Positions 9,696 to 19,207 of a stretch of DNA of 30,354 bases are shown here, piece after piece; within the stretch, counting starts at the first letter, position 1; every line of letters starts with the position of its first letter. Under the pieces are notes generated by a model. The model saw only the letters and a list, made by a program, of their open reading frames with translations. It searched no databases and had not been told where the DNA came from. The DNA is from a virus (lineage: Duplodnaviria; Caudoviricetes): positions 1 to 30,354 of IMG/VR virus record IMGVR_UViG_3300020402_000746, one strand, 5' to 3'. The position numbers and the translations under genes are program-made.

Positions 9696-10602
9696 AATAG
9701 CAGAACTAGATATTATTTTTTTAAGTTATGACGAACCTAATGCTGAAAAAAATTGGGCTGATTTGAAAAACAAAGTTCCATGGGCAAAACGTGTTCATGG
9801 GATACTAGGTTCAGATGCCGCACATAAAGAGTGTGCTAGAATAAGTGAAACAGACAGATTTGTAACAGTTGACGGTGATAACACAATAAAACAGGAATTT
9901 TTAGATCAAGTGTTAGACTTTGACACCCATGCTAATTTAGAAAAAAGTGTTATAAGTTGGTGTGGACAAAATATTATAAACGGCCTAATGTATGGAAACG
10001 GTGGATTGAAATGCTGGCCAAGAGAATATGTTTTGAATATGAAAACACATGAGAATGCTGATCCATACAATGTTCAAGCCAAGGTAGACTTTTGTTGGGA
10101 CGCACAATACATACAGCAGAATAGTTGTTTTAGTTTGACTCATAATAACTTTACTCCTAAACAAGCCTGGCGAGCAGGTTTTAGAGAAGGTGTTAAATTA
10201 TCTCTTAATAGAGGAGAAAGGGTAGCACATTCTGAGTTTTTGAAAGGACATCCTAAAAATTTAAACATGTTGTATATTTGGACAATGGTTGGTAGTGATG
10301 TGAAAAATGGCGAATGGGCTATTTACGGAGCAAGAGAAGGTTTAGAAATGACAATGCTTTCGGATTGGGATTACGTTAATGTAAGAGACTTTACACATTT
10401 AGACGAGCTATGGGCAAATAGAGACGAAATGCCAGAGGATATTTTACATAATGAAATATGGAATATAGGTAACAACTTAATTAATCAATTACAATTACCT
10501 ATTTCTACTCAACCACTGAGCCAAGAACAAAGTATTTTTTTCAAAACTGTAAATCAAAACTATGGCAGAGTAATTAATAAATCGGTAATAGATAATGATT
10601 AG
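9685..10602 (+). CDS. GT-A-like glycosyltransferase (phage SYDEPNA family)
   Basis: IIFLSYDEPNAE…FVTVDGDN (DxD)…YGNGGLKCW…AWRAGFRE. The start is placed at ATG 9685, after AGGAG. Confidence 0.6.
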   Translation: MKIKIAELDIIFLSYDEPNAEKNWADLKNKVPWAKRVHGILGSDAAHKECARISETDRFVTVDGDNTIKQEFLDQVLDFDTHANLEKSVISWCGQNIINGLMYGNGGLKCWPREYVLNMKTHENADPYNVQAKVDFCWDAQYIQQNSCFSLTHNNFTPKQAWRAGFREGVKLSLNRGERVAHSEFLKGHPKNLNMLYIWTMVGSDVKNGEWAIYGAREGLEMTMLSDWDYVNVRDFTHLDELWANRDEMPEDILHNEIWNIGNNLINQLQLPISTQPLSQEQSIFFKTVNQNYGRVINKSVIDND

Positions 10603-11959
10603 AGCTGATCCAGCTGAAGTTCAAGAAAAATTAAATAAAGTTGGCTGTGGATTTTGTTTAGCAAAATGGACACAGGTAACTATACACTTAGGATCAGGGA
10701 TAAATCATAGCTGTCATCATGTCAAAGCTCATAAAATTCCTTTAGAAGATCTAAAAAATAATCCAAATGTACTACATAATACGGAGTTCAAAAAAAATAC
10801 AAGACGTAGGATGCTTAATAATGAACGTCCTGAAGAATGTGATTATTGTTGGAGAATAGAGGATAATACTGATAAGTTTAGCGATAGAGTGTACAAAAGT
10901 GCTGATCATTTCAGTTGGGAAGATTTTGATTCAATATCCAAGTCAACAGGGCATGAAGATTTCTATCCTAGATATGTGGAAATAAGTTTTAGTAATATAT
11001 GTAATTTTAAATGTTCTTATTGTGGTCCTGCCTTTAGCAGTAAATGGGCAGAAGAAGTAAAACAACAAGGTTATTATGATTTAGGAATATGGCACTACAA
11101 TGCCATTGATCCAGACGAGGTACAAATTTTAGAAAGGGAACATAATCCTTATATAGAAGCATTTTGGAAATGGTTCCCAGAAGCAGTGAAACATATGAAA
11201 GTTTTTAGAATTACAGGCGGAGAACCTTTGCTCAGTAAACATACACAAAAGGTTATTGATTACTTGATTGAAAATCCGCAACCTAATTTAGATTTTGCTA
11301 TCAATTCTAATGGATGTCCGCCCAAAGACTTGTGGCAAAAGTTTACACAAAGTATAAAAGAGCTAGAAAGTAAAAAAAGTGTTAATCAGTTTACACTATT
11401 TACAAGTGCTGAAAGTAGTGGAGCTCAAGCAGAATACAGTAGATATGGCATGGATTGGTTCTTGTTTAAGGATAACATAGAATACTTTGCTAGGAATACA
11501 GATAGTAGGATAAGTTTTATGAGTGCCTTTAATATATTGAGCTTACCAACCTTTAAAAATTTTTTGATTTGGATTCTTCATTTGAAAACAACATACTATA
11601 GGAAACACAGAGCAGATCATAGAATAAAGGTTGACATACCTTATGTAAGAAATCCTCAGTTCTTAGATGTAAAAGTAGCAAGTGAAGAACTTGTTAAGAA
11701 ACATTTAATTCCAGCTGTAGATTTTATGATTGAAAACACAGATATTGGTAGCTTTGGAGATATAGAAACAGCTAAACTTAAAAGAATTGTAGCTGATGTG
11801 TTATACAGATTTAAAAACAAAGAATTCAAAGAAGAACAAAGACAAGCACAAAAACTATTTTACAAATTTATAAAGGAATATGATAAAAGAAGAAATTTAG
11901 ATTTTGTAAAAACATTTCCTGAATACAAAGAATTTTACAAGGAAGTTAAAGATGCATGA
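10595..11959 (+). CDS. Radical SAM protein with N-terminal twitch/SPASM-like Cys cluster
   Basis: CNFKCSYC (CxxxCxxC) and TGGEP. Extra N-terminal Cys motifs CGFCLAKW, SCHH and ECDYCW. Confidence 0.85.
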   Translation: MIRADPAEVQEKLNKVGCGFCLAKWTQVTIHLGSGINHSCHHVKAHKIPLEDLKNNPNVLHNTEFKKNTRRRMLNNERPEECDYCWRIEDNTDKFSDRVYKSADHFSWEDFDSISKSTGHEDFYPRYVEISFSNICNFKCSYCGPAFSSKWAEEVKQQGYYDLGIWHYNAIDPDEVQILEREHNPYIEAFWKWFPEAVKHMKVFRITGGEPLLSKHTQKVIDYLIENPQPNLDFAINSNGCPPKDLWQKFTQSIKELESKKSVNQFTLFTSAESSGAQAEYSRYGMDWFLFKDNIEYFARNTDSRISFMSAFNILSLPTFKNFLIWILHLKTTYYRKHRADHRIKVDIPYVRNPQFLDVKVASEELVKKHLIPAVDFMIENTDIGSFGDIETAKLKRIVADVLYRFKNKEFKEEQRQAQKLFYKFIKEYDKRRNLDFVKTFPEYKEFYKEVKDA

Positions 11960-12641
11960 TATAATTTTTATAAGTTATGGAGAACCAAACGCTGATGAAA
12001 ATTATAATGATCTTTTCAAAAGATTTAACGTAAAAGGAGTTTTTGGAGATAGAGTAAAAAGGATAGACGGAGTAAAAGGAATACACCAAGCACATATTGA
12101 AGCGGCAAAAAAGGCAAGCACTCGATATTTTTATGTAGTAGACGGTGACGCTGTCATTACAAAAGAATTTAATTTTGATTACTTTGTTACTTCACAAAAT
12201 GAAAATATTGTTCATGTTTATAAAAGCATGAATCCTGTAAATAATCTAACTTATGGTTATGGTGGAGTTAAATTGCTACCAAGAAAATTAACTAAGAATA
12301 TGAATGTAAACAGTTTTGATATGACAACCAGCATTTCAGATAATTTTATTGTGTTCGACAAAGTAAGTAATATAACAGCTTTTGATACTGACTCGTTCAA
12401 CACATGGAAAAGTGCTTTTAGAGAATGTGCTAAATTAAGCAGTAAAGTGATAGATAGACAACAAGAAGGAGAAACAAATGAAAGACTTAAAATATGGACC
12501 ACTACAGCTAATGGAAGATTTCGTGAAGATGCGATTCGAGGTGCTAATGCTGGTATGGAGTTTGGCTTTTCTAGGGGGTCTGATCTTCGGTTGATAAATG
12601 ATTTTGATTGGTTAAAATCTAAGTTCGATGATTGCCAATAA
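11952..12641 (+). CDS. GT-A-like glycosyltransferase, paralog of 9685..10602
   Basis: IIFISYGEPNADEN…YVVDGDA…YGYGGVKL…WKSAFREC. Confidence 0.65.
   Translation: MHDIIFISYGEPNADENYNDLFKRFNVKGVFGDRVKRIDGVKGIHQAHIEAAKKASTRYFYVVDGDAVITKEFNFDYFVTSQNENIVHVYKSMNPVNNLTYGYGGVKLLPRKLTKNMNVNSFDMTTSISDNFIVFDKVSNITAFDTDSFNTWKSAFRECAKLSSKVIDRQQEGETNERLKIWTTTANGRFREDAIRGANAGMEFGFSRGSDLRLINDFDWLKSKFDDCQ
12478..12594 (+). CDS. Putative nested small membrane protein, 38 aa (MKDLKYGPLQLMEDFVKMRFEVLMLVWSLAFLGGLIFG)
   Basis: Lies in the +1 frame inside 11952..12641. SD AAGGAG (12466-12471) is 6 nt before ATG, the ORF has a 17-residue uncharged hydrophobic C-terminus, and it ends in a TGA-TAA double stop. Confidence 0.45.
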   Translation: MKDLKYGPLQLMEDFVKMRFEVLMLVWSLAFLGGLIFG

Positions 12642-13263
12642 CAGTATATCTTTCATATCCATTTGACATTTTATATGTATCAGCAAACCATATCTTAGTA
12701 AGTCCAGTCTTTTTTATAAATTCATCTAAATTATTTGAACAATTAATATGTTGATCTTTTACATGAAACATATTATTACTTTGTAAAGCAAATACACAGT
12801 TAGGCGTGTAATCTTTATTTGCTATTAAATCAGGCAGATCTGCCATATGTTCACTTGATGTATTAATTACCAGTCTTACGTCTTTGTCTTTATAGTATGA
12901 TGTTTCTATTTTATCTTTAACATCTCTATGTTTGAAAAAAACTTTGTGTTCTAGTTCTAATGCCTGTGTATATTTCCTAGATAAATCTAATGCTTTTTCG
13001 TCCATGTCAATATTTGTAATGTGTTCTATGTTTAAAAACTTGGTCAATAAAAGATTAATTAAAGGATAGCCATACCAGCCACCGTACAAATGTATTTTCA
13101 AATCATTGAATTTTTTCATTTCATCTAAAGGAATACAATCAACAAGATGTATTTTTGATTCCATTTGATCAGGACCTACGCTATAAAGTATGTCTTTTAT
13201 TTCATGACCGTGTTGTACAGCTTCCCACCATACTTTCCAATAATTTTTATTGATTACTTCCAT
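12619..13263 (-). CDS. Class I SAM-dependent methyltransferase-like protein
   Basis: Gly-rich motif I-like HLYGGWYG, acidic NIDMD, and VINTSSEHM. Confidence 0.6.
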   Translation of the reverse strand: MEVINKNYWKVWWEAVQHGHEIKDILYSVGPDQMESKIHLVDCIPLDEMKKFNDLKIHLYGGWYGYPLINLLLTKFLNIEHITNIDMDEKALDLSRKYTQALELEHKVFFKHRDVKDKIETSYYKDKDVRLVINTSSEHMADLPDLIANKDYTPNCVFALQSNNMFHVKDQHINCSNNLDEFIKKTGLTKIWFADTYKMSNGYERYTVIGNHRT

Positions 13264-14765
13264 ATCAAATAATCTCCTAACACTAATAAATCTAATCCGC
13301 TATTATTAAAAGTTTTCAAAGCGTCTTGTGGAGTTTCTACAATAGGTTCCTGGCAGTTGAAACTGGTATTTAATAACATTGGTATTCCAGTGTGTTTGTA
13401 AAAAGCATTGATCAAATCATAATACCTTTCATTGAATTGTCTATTAACAGTTTGTATTCTAGCAGTTCCGTCTACATGAGTTATACCTGGTACTGTATCT
13501 ACCTTTACAGGCATAATTCTTGACATATACGGGCTAGGTTGGTTAGTATCAAAAAAATCTTTATAATGTTCTTCTAACACACTAGGCGCAAATGGTCTAA
13601 AATCTTCGCGTTTTTTAATTCTCTTGTTTATGATATCTTTTATATTTGGATTTCTTGGATCAGCAAGAATGCTTCTATTGCCTAATGCCCTATTTCCGCT
13701 TTCTGATTTTCCTTGATACCATCCTACTATTTTTCCATTTGCTATTTCTTCTGCTACTTTTGTGATTAATTTTTCAAAAGGCCATTTTTCAAAATTCATT
13801 CCTGTGAATAAATCTGCATCTATTTTTTGTTCTTTGCCGGCAAATACGCTTGGCTTGTGTATATTATCATTTAAATAATAATCGGCGTGCATATATGTAC
13901 CTAATGCTTGTCCTTCATCGCCCACAGCGGGAGGAACGTGTACATTTTTGTAATGTTTTGTTAATTCTTCATTCATGTAACCATTGTATGCTACTCCTCC
14001 TGCTACACAAATGTTGTCGCAAGTTTTAAGTGGATACACATAATTTTTTATAAGTTCGATAGTTTTAAATTGTAATGTATATGCTATATCTTCCCTTTTG
14101 TTATTTTTAATTACTTCAGGAGCAAAGCTAGGTAGCGTGTGATTAGGGTTCATTAAATAAGTTTCTATCATAGCATCAGTTTGATAATTGTATTTTCCAT
14201 ATCCAGCTAATCCCATTACTTTGCCTGCGTCAAGATATCTAAATCCTATATCTTGTGCTAATCTATTCCACAGTCCTCCAATTGGGATCTTCTTAGAGAG
14301 ATCTTTAATTATACCATCTTTACCAATAAAAATACAATTAAACTGCCAACCTCTTCCATCTATAGCTAATATGTCAGATTCTGTGAAGCCACTAGTAAGA
14401 AAGGCATAGGTAGCATGTGATTGATGATGATCAATGTAATACACACATCCTCTATGAAACGGTTCCCATAAACTTTTTGGTTTAAATTTTAAAAAATCAT
14501 TATTATAAAAATTTTCGTTGATCAAATCTATAACAAACTCTTGTCCTAAATTTGACACAGTAAATGCAAATATATTATTTTCATCTCTACTTTTATATTT
14601 GTCTAACACAAATTCATTAAAGAATTTTTTACTAGGATTAGGGTCATGTGACCATTCATAATTAAGATTATGCTTAATTCTATTATGACGTTCAATTTGG
14701 TTATGGAAAGTACCGTCATATGTGTTATGGTCATGAATATTTAATGCTACTGAGTAGATGTTCAT
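13254..14765 (-). CDS. O-carbamoyltransferase (CmcH/NodU/TobZ family)
   Basis: HHQSHA, DGRG, GKVMGLAGYG, GGVAYN, GNRALGNRSILADP, FRPFAP, HVDGTARIQTV and LNTSFN motifs. Confidence 0.93.
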   Translation of the reverse strand: MNIYSVALNIHDHNTYDGTFHNQIERHNRIKHNLNYEWSHDPNPSKKFFNEFVLDKYKSRDENNIFAFTVSNLGQEFVIDLINENFYNNDFLKFKPKSLWEPFHRGCVYYIDHHQSHATYAFLTSGFTESDILAIDGRGWQFNCIFIGKDGIIKDLSKKIPIGGLWNRLAQDIGFRYLDAGKVMGLAGYGKYNYQTDAMIETYLMNPNHTLPSFAPEVIKNNKREDIAYTLQFKTIELIKNYVYPLKTCDNICVAGGVAYNGYMNEELTKHYKNVHVPPAVGDEGQALGTYMHADYYLNDNIHKPSVFAGKEQKIDADLFTGMNFEKWPFEKLITKVAEEIANGKIVGWYQGKSESGNRALGNRSILADPRNPNIKDIINKRIKKREDFRPFAPSVLEEHYKDFFDTNQPSPYMSRIMPVKVDTVPGITHVDGTARIQTVNRQFNERYYDLINAFYKHTGIPMLLNTSFNCQEPIVETPQDALKTFNNSGLDLLVLGDYLIWK

Positions 14766-15607
14766 ACTGTTGTTTTTTCCAATGCTATTTTTTCTAAAAT
14801 TTCTAACCTCCTAGCTTCTGGTCTAGGAGGAATAATATCCATACAAGTTGTACAATATTTTTCAAAGTCAAATAATTTGTATTCCATCATTTTTTGTATA
14901 TTCTCTACAGTTATATCAAATTCTCTAGAACCGTTGATTGCTTTTCTACTACAATGTCTAATCTTTTGTATTTCAAAATCAAATACAGGAACCTGTGGAA
15001 ACTTGGCACATATTCTACGCTCTATTTCTGGTGCCTGTATTATATCATGGTCACTATGAAAATCTGGTGATCTAGAATTGTATTCTTTAAATTCAGTGTT
15101 TTCGTGATCTATCTCTGTAAGATCAAATCTATCTCTGTATTTAAAATAGCCAGGCGTTTCTATTATTAAGTTATAATTATTTTTGTCATTTAAAGGTAAG
15201 AAAGGCCAATTGCCTAATTTTTCAATCCTATCTTCATAAAAATCTAAAACTAAATGTTCGATGTATATTATTTCAGGATCTTCAAGAATATGGGGATAAA
15301 ACTTTCTTACCAAACTATTTGATAAGACTTGTGGAATTAAGTTATCATGCTTTTTTATTTCTGCTATGATTTCATCTAAATTTTTTATCAATCCAGGTTC
15401 ACCTCCTAGTAAACATATCCTTGTCTTGTAGGGTGATAATCCTTTCAATATGGTTCGCACTAAATCCATGTCAGTGTGTAGATATCTCATTTCAAGTGTC
15501 CAAGCAGTACAGTAGTGGCAGGACTTATTACAGGATTTTGATAGATAAAAATCCACTGTTCTGTATTCTGAACCTTTTAATTCTTTTAATGATATTGGCT
15601 TTCTCAT
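14762..15607 (-). CDS. Radical SAM protein
   Basis: CNKSCHYC and LGGEP, with C-terminal Cys residues (ICA, HCS, YCTTC). The start is moved to ATG 15607 because TTG 15625 abuts the promoter box. Confidence 0.85.
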   Translation of the reverse strand: MRKPISLKELKGSEYRTVDFYLSKSCNKSCHYCTAWTLEMRYLHTDMDLVRTILKGLSPYKTRICLLGGEPGLIKNLDEIIAEIKKHDNLIPQVLSNSLVRKFYPHILEDPEIIYIEHLVLDFYEDRIEKLGNWPFLPLNDKNNYNLIIETPGYFKYRDRFDLTEIDHENTEFKEYNSRSPDFHSDHDIIQAPEIERRICAKFPQVPVFDFEIQKIRHCSRKAINGSREFDITVENIQKMMEYKLFDFEKYCTTCMDIIPPRPEARRLEILEKIALEKTTV

Positions 15608-15625
15608 ATACAACTCTAGCTTCAA

Positions 15626-15633
15626 TATTTATT
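15626..15633 (-). promoter_or_regulatory. Late promoter box AATAAATA (minus strand)
   Basis: TATTTATT on + in a divergent intergenic gap, upstream of ATG 15607. Confidence 0.6.
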
Positions 15634-15665
15634 TTCCGTAAAATTTAATCTGTTTAAGCCTGGCA

Positions 15666-15673
15666 GGTAAATA
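15666..15673 (+). promoter_or_regulatory. Late promoter box GGTAAATA
   Basis: TAAATA core ending 5 nt before ATG 15679. Confidence 0.55.
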
Positions 15674-15678
15674 TTAGC

Positions 15679-16374
15679 ATGGACAGATTAGTCGCATTTG
15701 GTTGTAGTAATACTTACGGAGAAGGACTTCCTGATTGCTGGGTTGATAAAAATGGAGATCCAAGTCTTACCAAGTCTGGATCACATGGCCCAAAACCTAG
15801 TAAACTTGCTTGGCCAAGATTAATTGCTGATAACATGAAGCGTAAATGTGTAAATTTTGCTGTGCCTGGCGCTTCTAATAAACACATTCTAGATATAATC
15901 CTACACACTAAATTTGTAAAAGGTGATATCGTTGTTATCATGTGGAGTTATTTTGATAGGTATTGTATATTTTTAGACAAAGATCGCAAGAACTGGAGAG
16001 GTGGAAATATTAAAAGATTCATGCCTATGGATTTACAAAAAATAGGAACAAACAAAAACCCACCACCTGGAACAGTATTAGAAGATAGTCTATTGTATTA
16101 TGAAAGATTCCATACCGAAATAGATACTGTGTATGATTCACTTATGAGAATGAATATGGCAAAATATCATTTGGATAGTATGGGAATCAAAAATTATCAT
16201 GTCACCTGTGAAGGAGATTATAAAGATTTTTACTATCCTTGGAATAAAGTCAATGTATATGTAGTGAAGACTAAATCTTTTTTTATTGACATGGCTAGAG
16301 ATGATTTACATCCAGGACGTGGTTCACACATGGTAGCCGCAAGAGATATTCAAGACTTTATGCGGAAAAATTAG
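15679..16374 (+). CDS. SGNH/GDSL-like hydrolase or acyltransferase
   Basis: Block I AFGCSNTYG, block II NFAVPGASN and block V DDLHPG. Confidence 0.7.
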   Translation: MDRLVAFGCSNTYGEGLPDCWVDKNGDPSLTKSGSHGPKPSKLAWPRLIADNMKRKCVNFAVPGASNKHILDIILHTKFVKGDIVVIMWSYFDRYCIFLDKDRKNWRGGNIKRFMPMDLQKIGTNKNPPPGTVLEDSLLYYERFHTEIDTVYDSLMRMNMAKYHLDSMGIKNYHVTCEGDYKDFYYPWNKVNVYVVKTKSFFIDMARDDLHPGRGSHMVAARDIQDFMRKN

Positions 16375-17437
16375 ATTTTACTGTATCGATAATCTTATTG
16401 ATTTCTTCTTCCTTTAACCAAGCATGTATAGGAAGTGATACTATTGTATCTGCCACTAGTTTAGCATTTTTACAATCATCTTTTCTATATTTCAAATGTT
16501 CATACATTGAATTTTCTGATAGTGGCCGTTCGTAATGTATTGACAAACCTAAAGCATTTTTAACTTTTTTTCTAATATCTTTGTTTTCAAATCTCACTGT
16601 GTACTTGTGGAAATTATGATCTAGTATAGGACTAGGCTTCTGTGTAATCACGGGAAGGTCTTTAAATGCTTCGTTGTATTTTTGTGCTATTTCCTGCCTT
16701 GTTTTTTGTGTTTCAACAATATTTTTCATACGCTGTTTTATTATCATGGAATTTAAAACATACATTCTAGAATTGTAACCTATCATTTCAAAGTCTTTAT
16801 CTTTACCGTGTCGTCTTAATTTCTTTACTATATTAGCAATATCTTCATTGTCGGTCATAAAAACACCACCGCCATTTATACCTGCTATTACTTTGTTTGT
16901 ATTGAAACTGAAAGAACTACAATGTCCAATGCTTCCTGCTTTTACTTTATTATAACTTGAACCAAGAGATTGTGCGGCATCTTCAATAAAAAATATTTTA
17001 TTTTCTTTACAAAATTCTATTATTTCTGTTACATCGACCATGTTTCCAAACAAGTGTGTATATATTATTGCTTTTGTCCTCGGACTTACCATACGCTTGA
17101 TGCTATCTAAACTTATATGATATGAATCTAAATCTATGTCACAAAAGACAGGTGTTGCTCCGGTCATGCTTATACAAGATGAACTAGATATCCAGCTAAA
17201 GTCAGTTACTAATACTTCTGCTCCAGGCCCTATACCGTGACTCATTAAAGAAAATCCTAAGGCATCAGTGGCACAAGCAACACTGACAACATGTTTTCTA
17301 CCTACGTATTCTGCTATTTGTTTTTCAAAGTCTTCGGCGTTTTCATAATTAAGTTGTTTCATAAAAATATCAAATATTTCTATGTAAGCATCTTTATTTT
17401 CAGCATATTCCCTATCCCAACCGTCATATGATATCAT
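16358..17437 (-). CDS. DegT/DnrJ/EryC1/StrS family PLP sugar aminotransferase
   Basis: GATPVFCDID, IEDAAQSLG, SFSFNTNK (PLP Lys), GYNSRM and VSLPIH motifs. Confidence 0.92.
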   Translation of the reverse strand: MISYDGWDREYAENKDAYIEIFDIFMKQLNYENAEDFEKQIAEYVGRKHVVSVACATDALGFSLMSHGIGPGAEVLVTDFSWISSSSCISMTGATPVFCDIDLDSYHISLDSIKRMVSPRTKAIIYTHLFGNMVDVTEIIEFCKENKIFFIEDAAQSLGSSYNKVKAGSIGHCSSFSFNTNKVIAGINGGGVFMTDNEDIANIVKKLRRHGKDKDFEMIGYNSRMYVLNSMIIKQRMKNIVETQKTRQEIAQKYNEAFKDLPVITQKPSPILDHNFHKYTVRFENKDIRKKVKNALGLSIHYERPLSENSMYEHLKYRKDDCKNAKLVADTIVSLPIHAWLKEEEINKIIDTVKSNFSA

Positions 17438-18306
17438 TTAGTCACTCCTTGTTTGTGAAGTTCTTGTATAGCCCTTATTATTGGTTTGACATCTGGCTCA
17501 GTTAATCCTCTTTCCCAATACACACTTCCTCCATCTTTTATTGTTTTATCTCTCTGATAAATTATTTCCTTTCCAAAATATCTACATTCTTGAAATATTC
17601 TTGGAGCAGGATCAAATGTATCTTTAGTATATACATAAGTTTCAAACATACCCATTAAGTTCTTGACAGGAGCAAATATATTATTATTATTTGGATCTAT
17701 ATAATCCTCATTGTAAGTAATTATACCATGGTCTGGATAATCCTTTATTATTGATTGCACTGTCGAGTAATATAAATTATTTGTGCCTAAAAATAAATGA
17801 TTAAATTTTACATCATTTTTTAAATCTTTATAAATGCTAAAGTTAATGTGTTTTTCAAAATGAAAATCTGTTGGTCCGTCAGGATATACCTCTGTATCAC
17901 ATAGATCAATTATTCGTCTTGGATGGAAAAATGATAATGCTTGATGATATCGTGTAGGATGATTTTCTGAATATACAGCAATCAAATCACCTTTGAATAC
18001 TTTTTTTAAAGTGTCTTGCTGTTGTTCATTATAGTCTTTAAAATCTTGATAGCCCAGAGTCATCATACTTCTTCCAAGTATCAAAGTTTTATCATTTTCG
18101 TCTGGATCAAAATTATTGAAAATAATATCATCACAATGAATGTACTTTTCTGTAATACTATCCAAGTAGTCTTGTTCTTTGAACTTTCTATGACTAATTA
18201 CGATTAATTTTACAGTCATGCCTATACTTTTAAGTATAGACATATATTCATAACTATAGTAAAACAAACCATCACATGGTTTGCTAGTGACTACAATATT
18301 GATCAT
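17434..18306 (-). CDS. Hypothetical protein, possibly a divergent GT-B glycosyltransferase
   Basis: 290 aa. The C-terminal DTFDPAPRIFQECRYFGKEII loosely resembles the GT-B E-x7-E-A-x3-G-x-P-V nucleotide-sugar motif. Confidence 0.5.
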   Translation of the reverse strand: MINIVVTSKPCDGLFYYSYEYMSILKSIGMTVKLIVISHRKFKEQDYLDSITEKYIHCDDIIFNNFDPDENDKTLILGRSMMTLGYQDFKDYNEQQQDTLKKVFKGDLIAVYSENHPTRYHQALSFFHPRRIIDLCDTEVYPDGPTDFHFEKHINFSIYKDLKNDVKFNHLFLGTNNLYYSTVQSIIKDYPDHGIITYNEDYIDPNNNNIFAPVKNLMGMFETYVYTKDTFDPAPRIFQECRYFGKEIIYQRDKTIKDGGSVYWERGLTEPDVKPIIRAIQELHKQGVTK

Positions 18307-19181
18307 TTAATTTCTATTACCTTTATTTTTCGTATTTTTTGTGTGTTAATTTTTATATCACTTGTAAGAGGTATTTGATGTAAATTGCCATAAGGGTCTA
18401 CTGCTTCTGGGTTATCCTTTATATCAACGATTTTTATTTTTCTTACAGGCTTGCCGGTCACCAAATGGGTATCTACCCAATTAGGATCTTTTTCTGTCAG
18501 TGTAGTAAGTGTATCGCCATTACCAGCACCGATTGCTAATTCTGTTTCGTCAGTTTGCCATCTTTCTTTATCTTCCTGTGGATAACCTATACCTATGCCA
18601 TAAGCGATTTTCTTTTTACCTGCTTTGACATCATCTAAAATTCCTAGTTTATTTTCCCAAAACATATCACCATTTATATCACCGTGGCTTTTATTACATC
18701 CTGTCACCATATCTAATTTATGTGCCGCATGCATGACTAGGCCCATTGCTATTCCAATGCTTACATAAGCATTTTCCCATCTAGAATTTTTTGTGTTAGA
18801 TTTTAATGTGCCATCAGGATTACAATTTTCTTGTGTTTCTGGTTCTTTGGCAACAAACAACATATACATATTAGCATTGCTTTGAGCATTTCTCCATGTG
18901 CTAGGAGGATTTCTGCTATGTGTACACCCCCAAGTATATCTAGATATTTCTTGTATTACTTTTCTATCTGCACTCCAGTAAACATCATAGTACGCTTCCC
19001 ATTGTTTGGAAGGACTGTTTTCAGCTATCCATAGTAAATATTCAACTATTTCGTCCCATATTTTTTTGGAGTAGTCCCAATTTCTTTGACACTTTTGCAT
19101 ATTACGTATTATGTCCATGTTTTTACTACGGTCATAATTCATAAACTTTATTTGATTTTCAAGCTGAGTTTGTCTATTCAT
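18303..19181 (-). CDS. Nitroreductase-fold (FMN) protein
   Basis: QRNWD…SPSKQ (RxxR/APS equivalents), SIGIAMG-L-AHKL-TGC and GIGIGYP, plus a C-terminal extension. Confidence 0.65.
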   Translation of the reverse strand: MNRQTQLENQIKFMNYDRSKNMDIIRNMQKCQRNWDYSKKIWDEIVEYLLWIAENSPSKQWEAYYDVYWSADRKVIQEISRYTWGCTHSRNPPSTWRNAQSNANMYMLFVAKEPETQENCNPDGTLKSNTKNSRWENAYVSIGIAMGLVMHAAHKLDMVTGCNKSHGDINGDMFWENKLGILDDVKAGKKKIAYGIGIGYPQEDKERWQTDETELAIGAGNGDTLTTLTEKDPNWVDTHLVTGKPVRKIKIVDIKDNPEAVDPYGNLHQIPLTSDIKINTQKIRKIKVIEIK

Positions 19182-19207
19182 ATTGGCTAAAACCTTCTTA
19201 TGCGTTC

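Noticed and set aside
18303-19181. Calling the nitroreductase BluB because of the B12 radical SAM
   Set aside because: Only generic fold motifs are visible, with no BluB-specific signature or other cobalamin genes.
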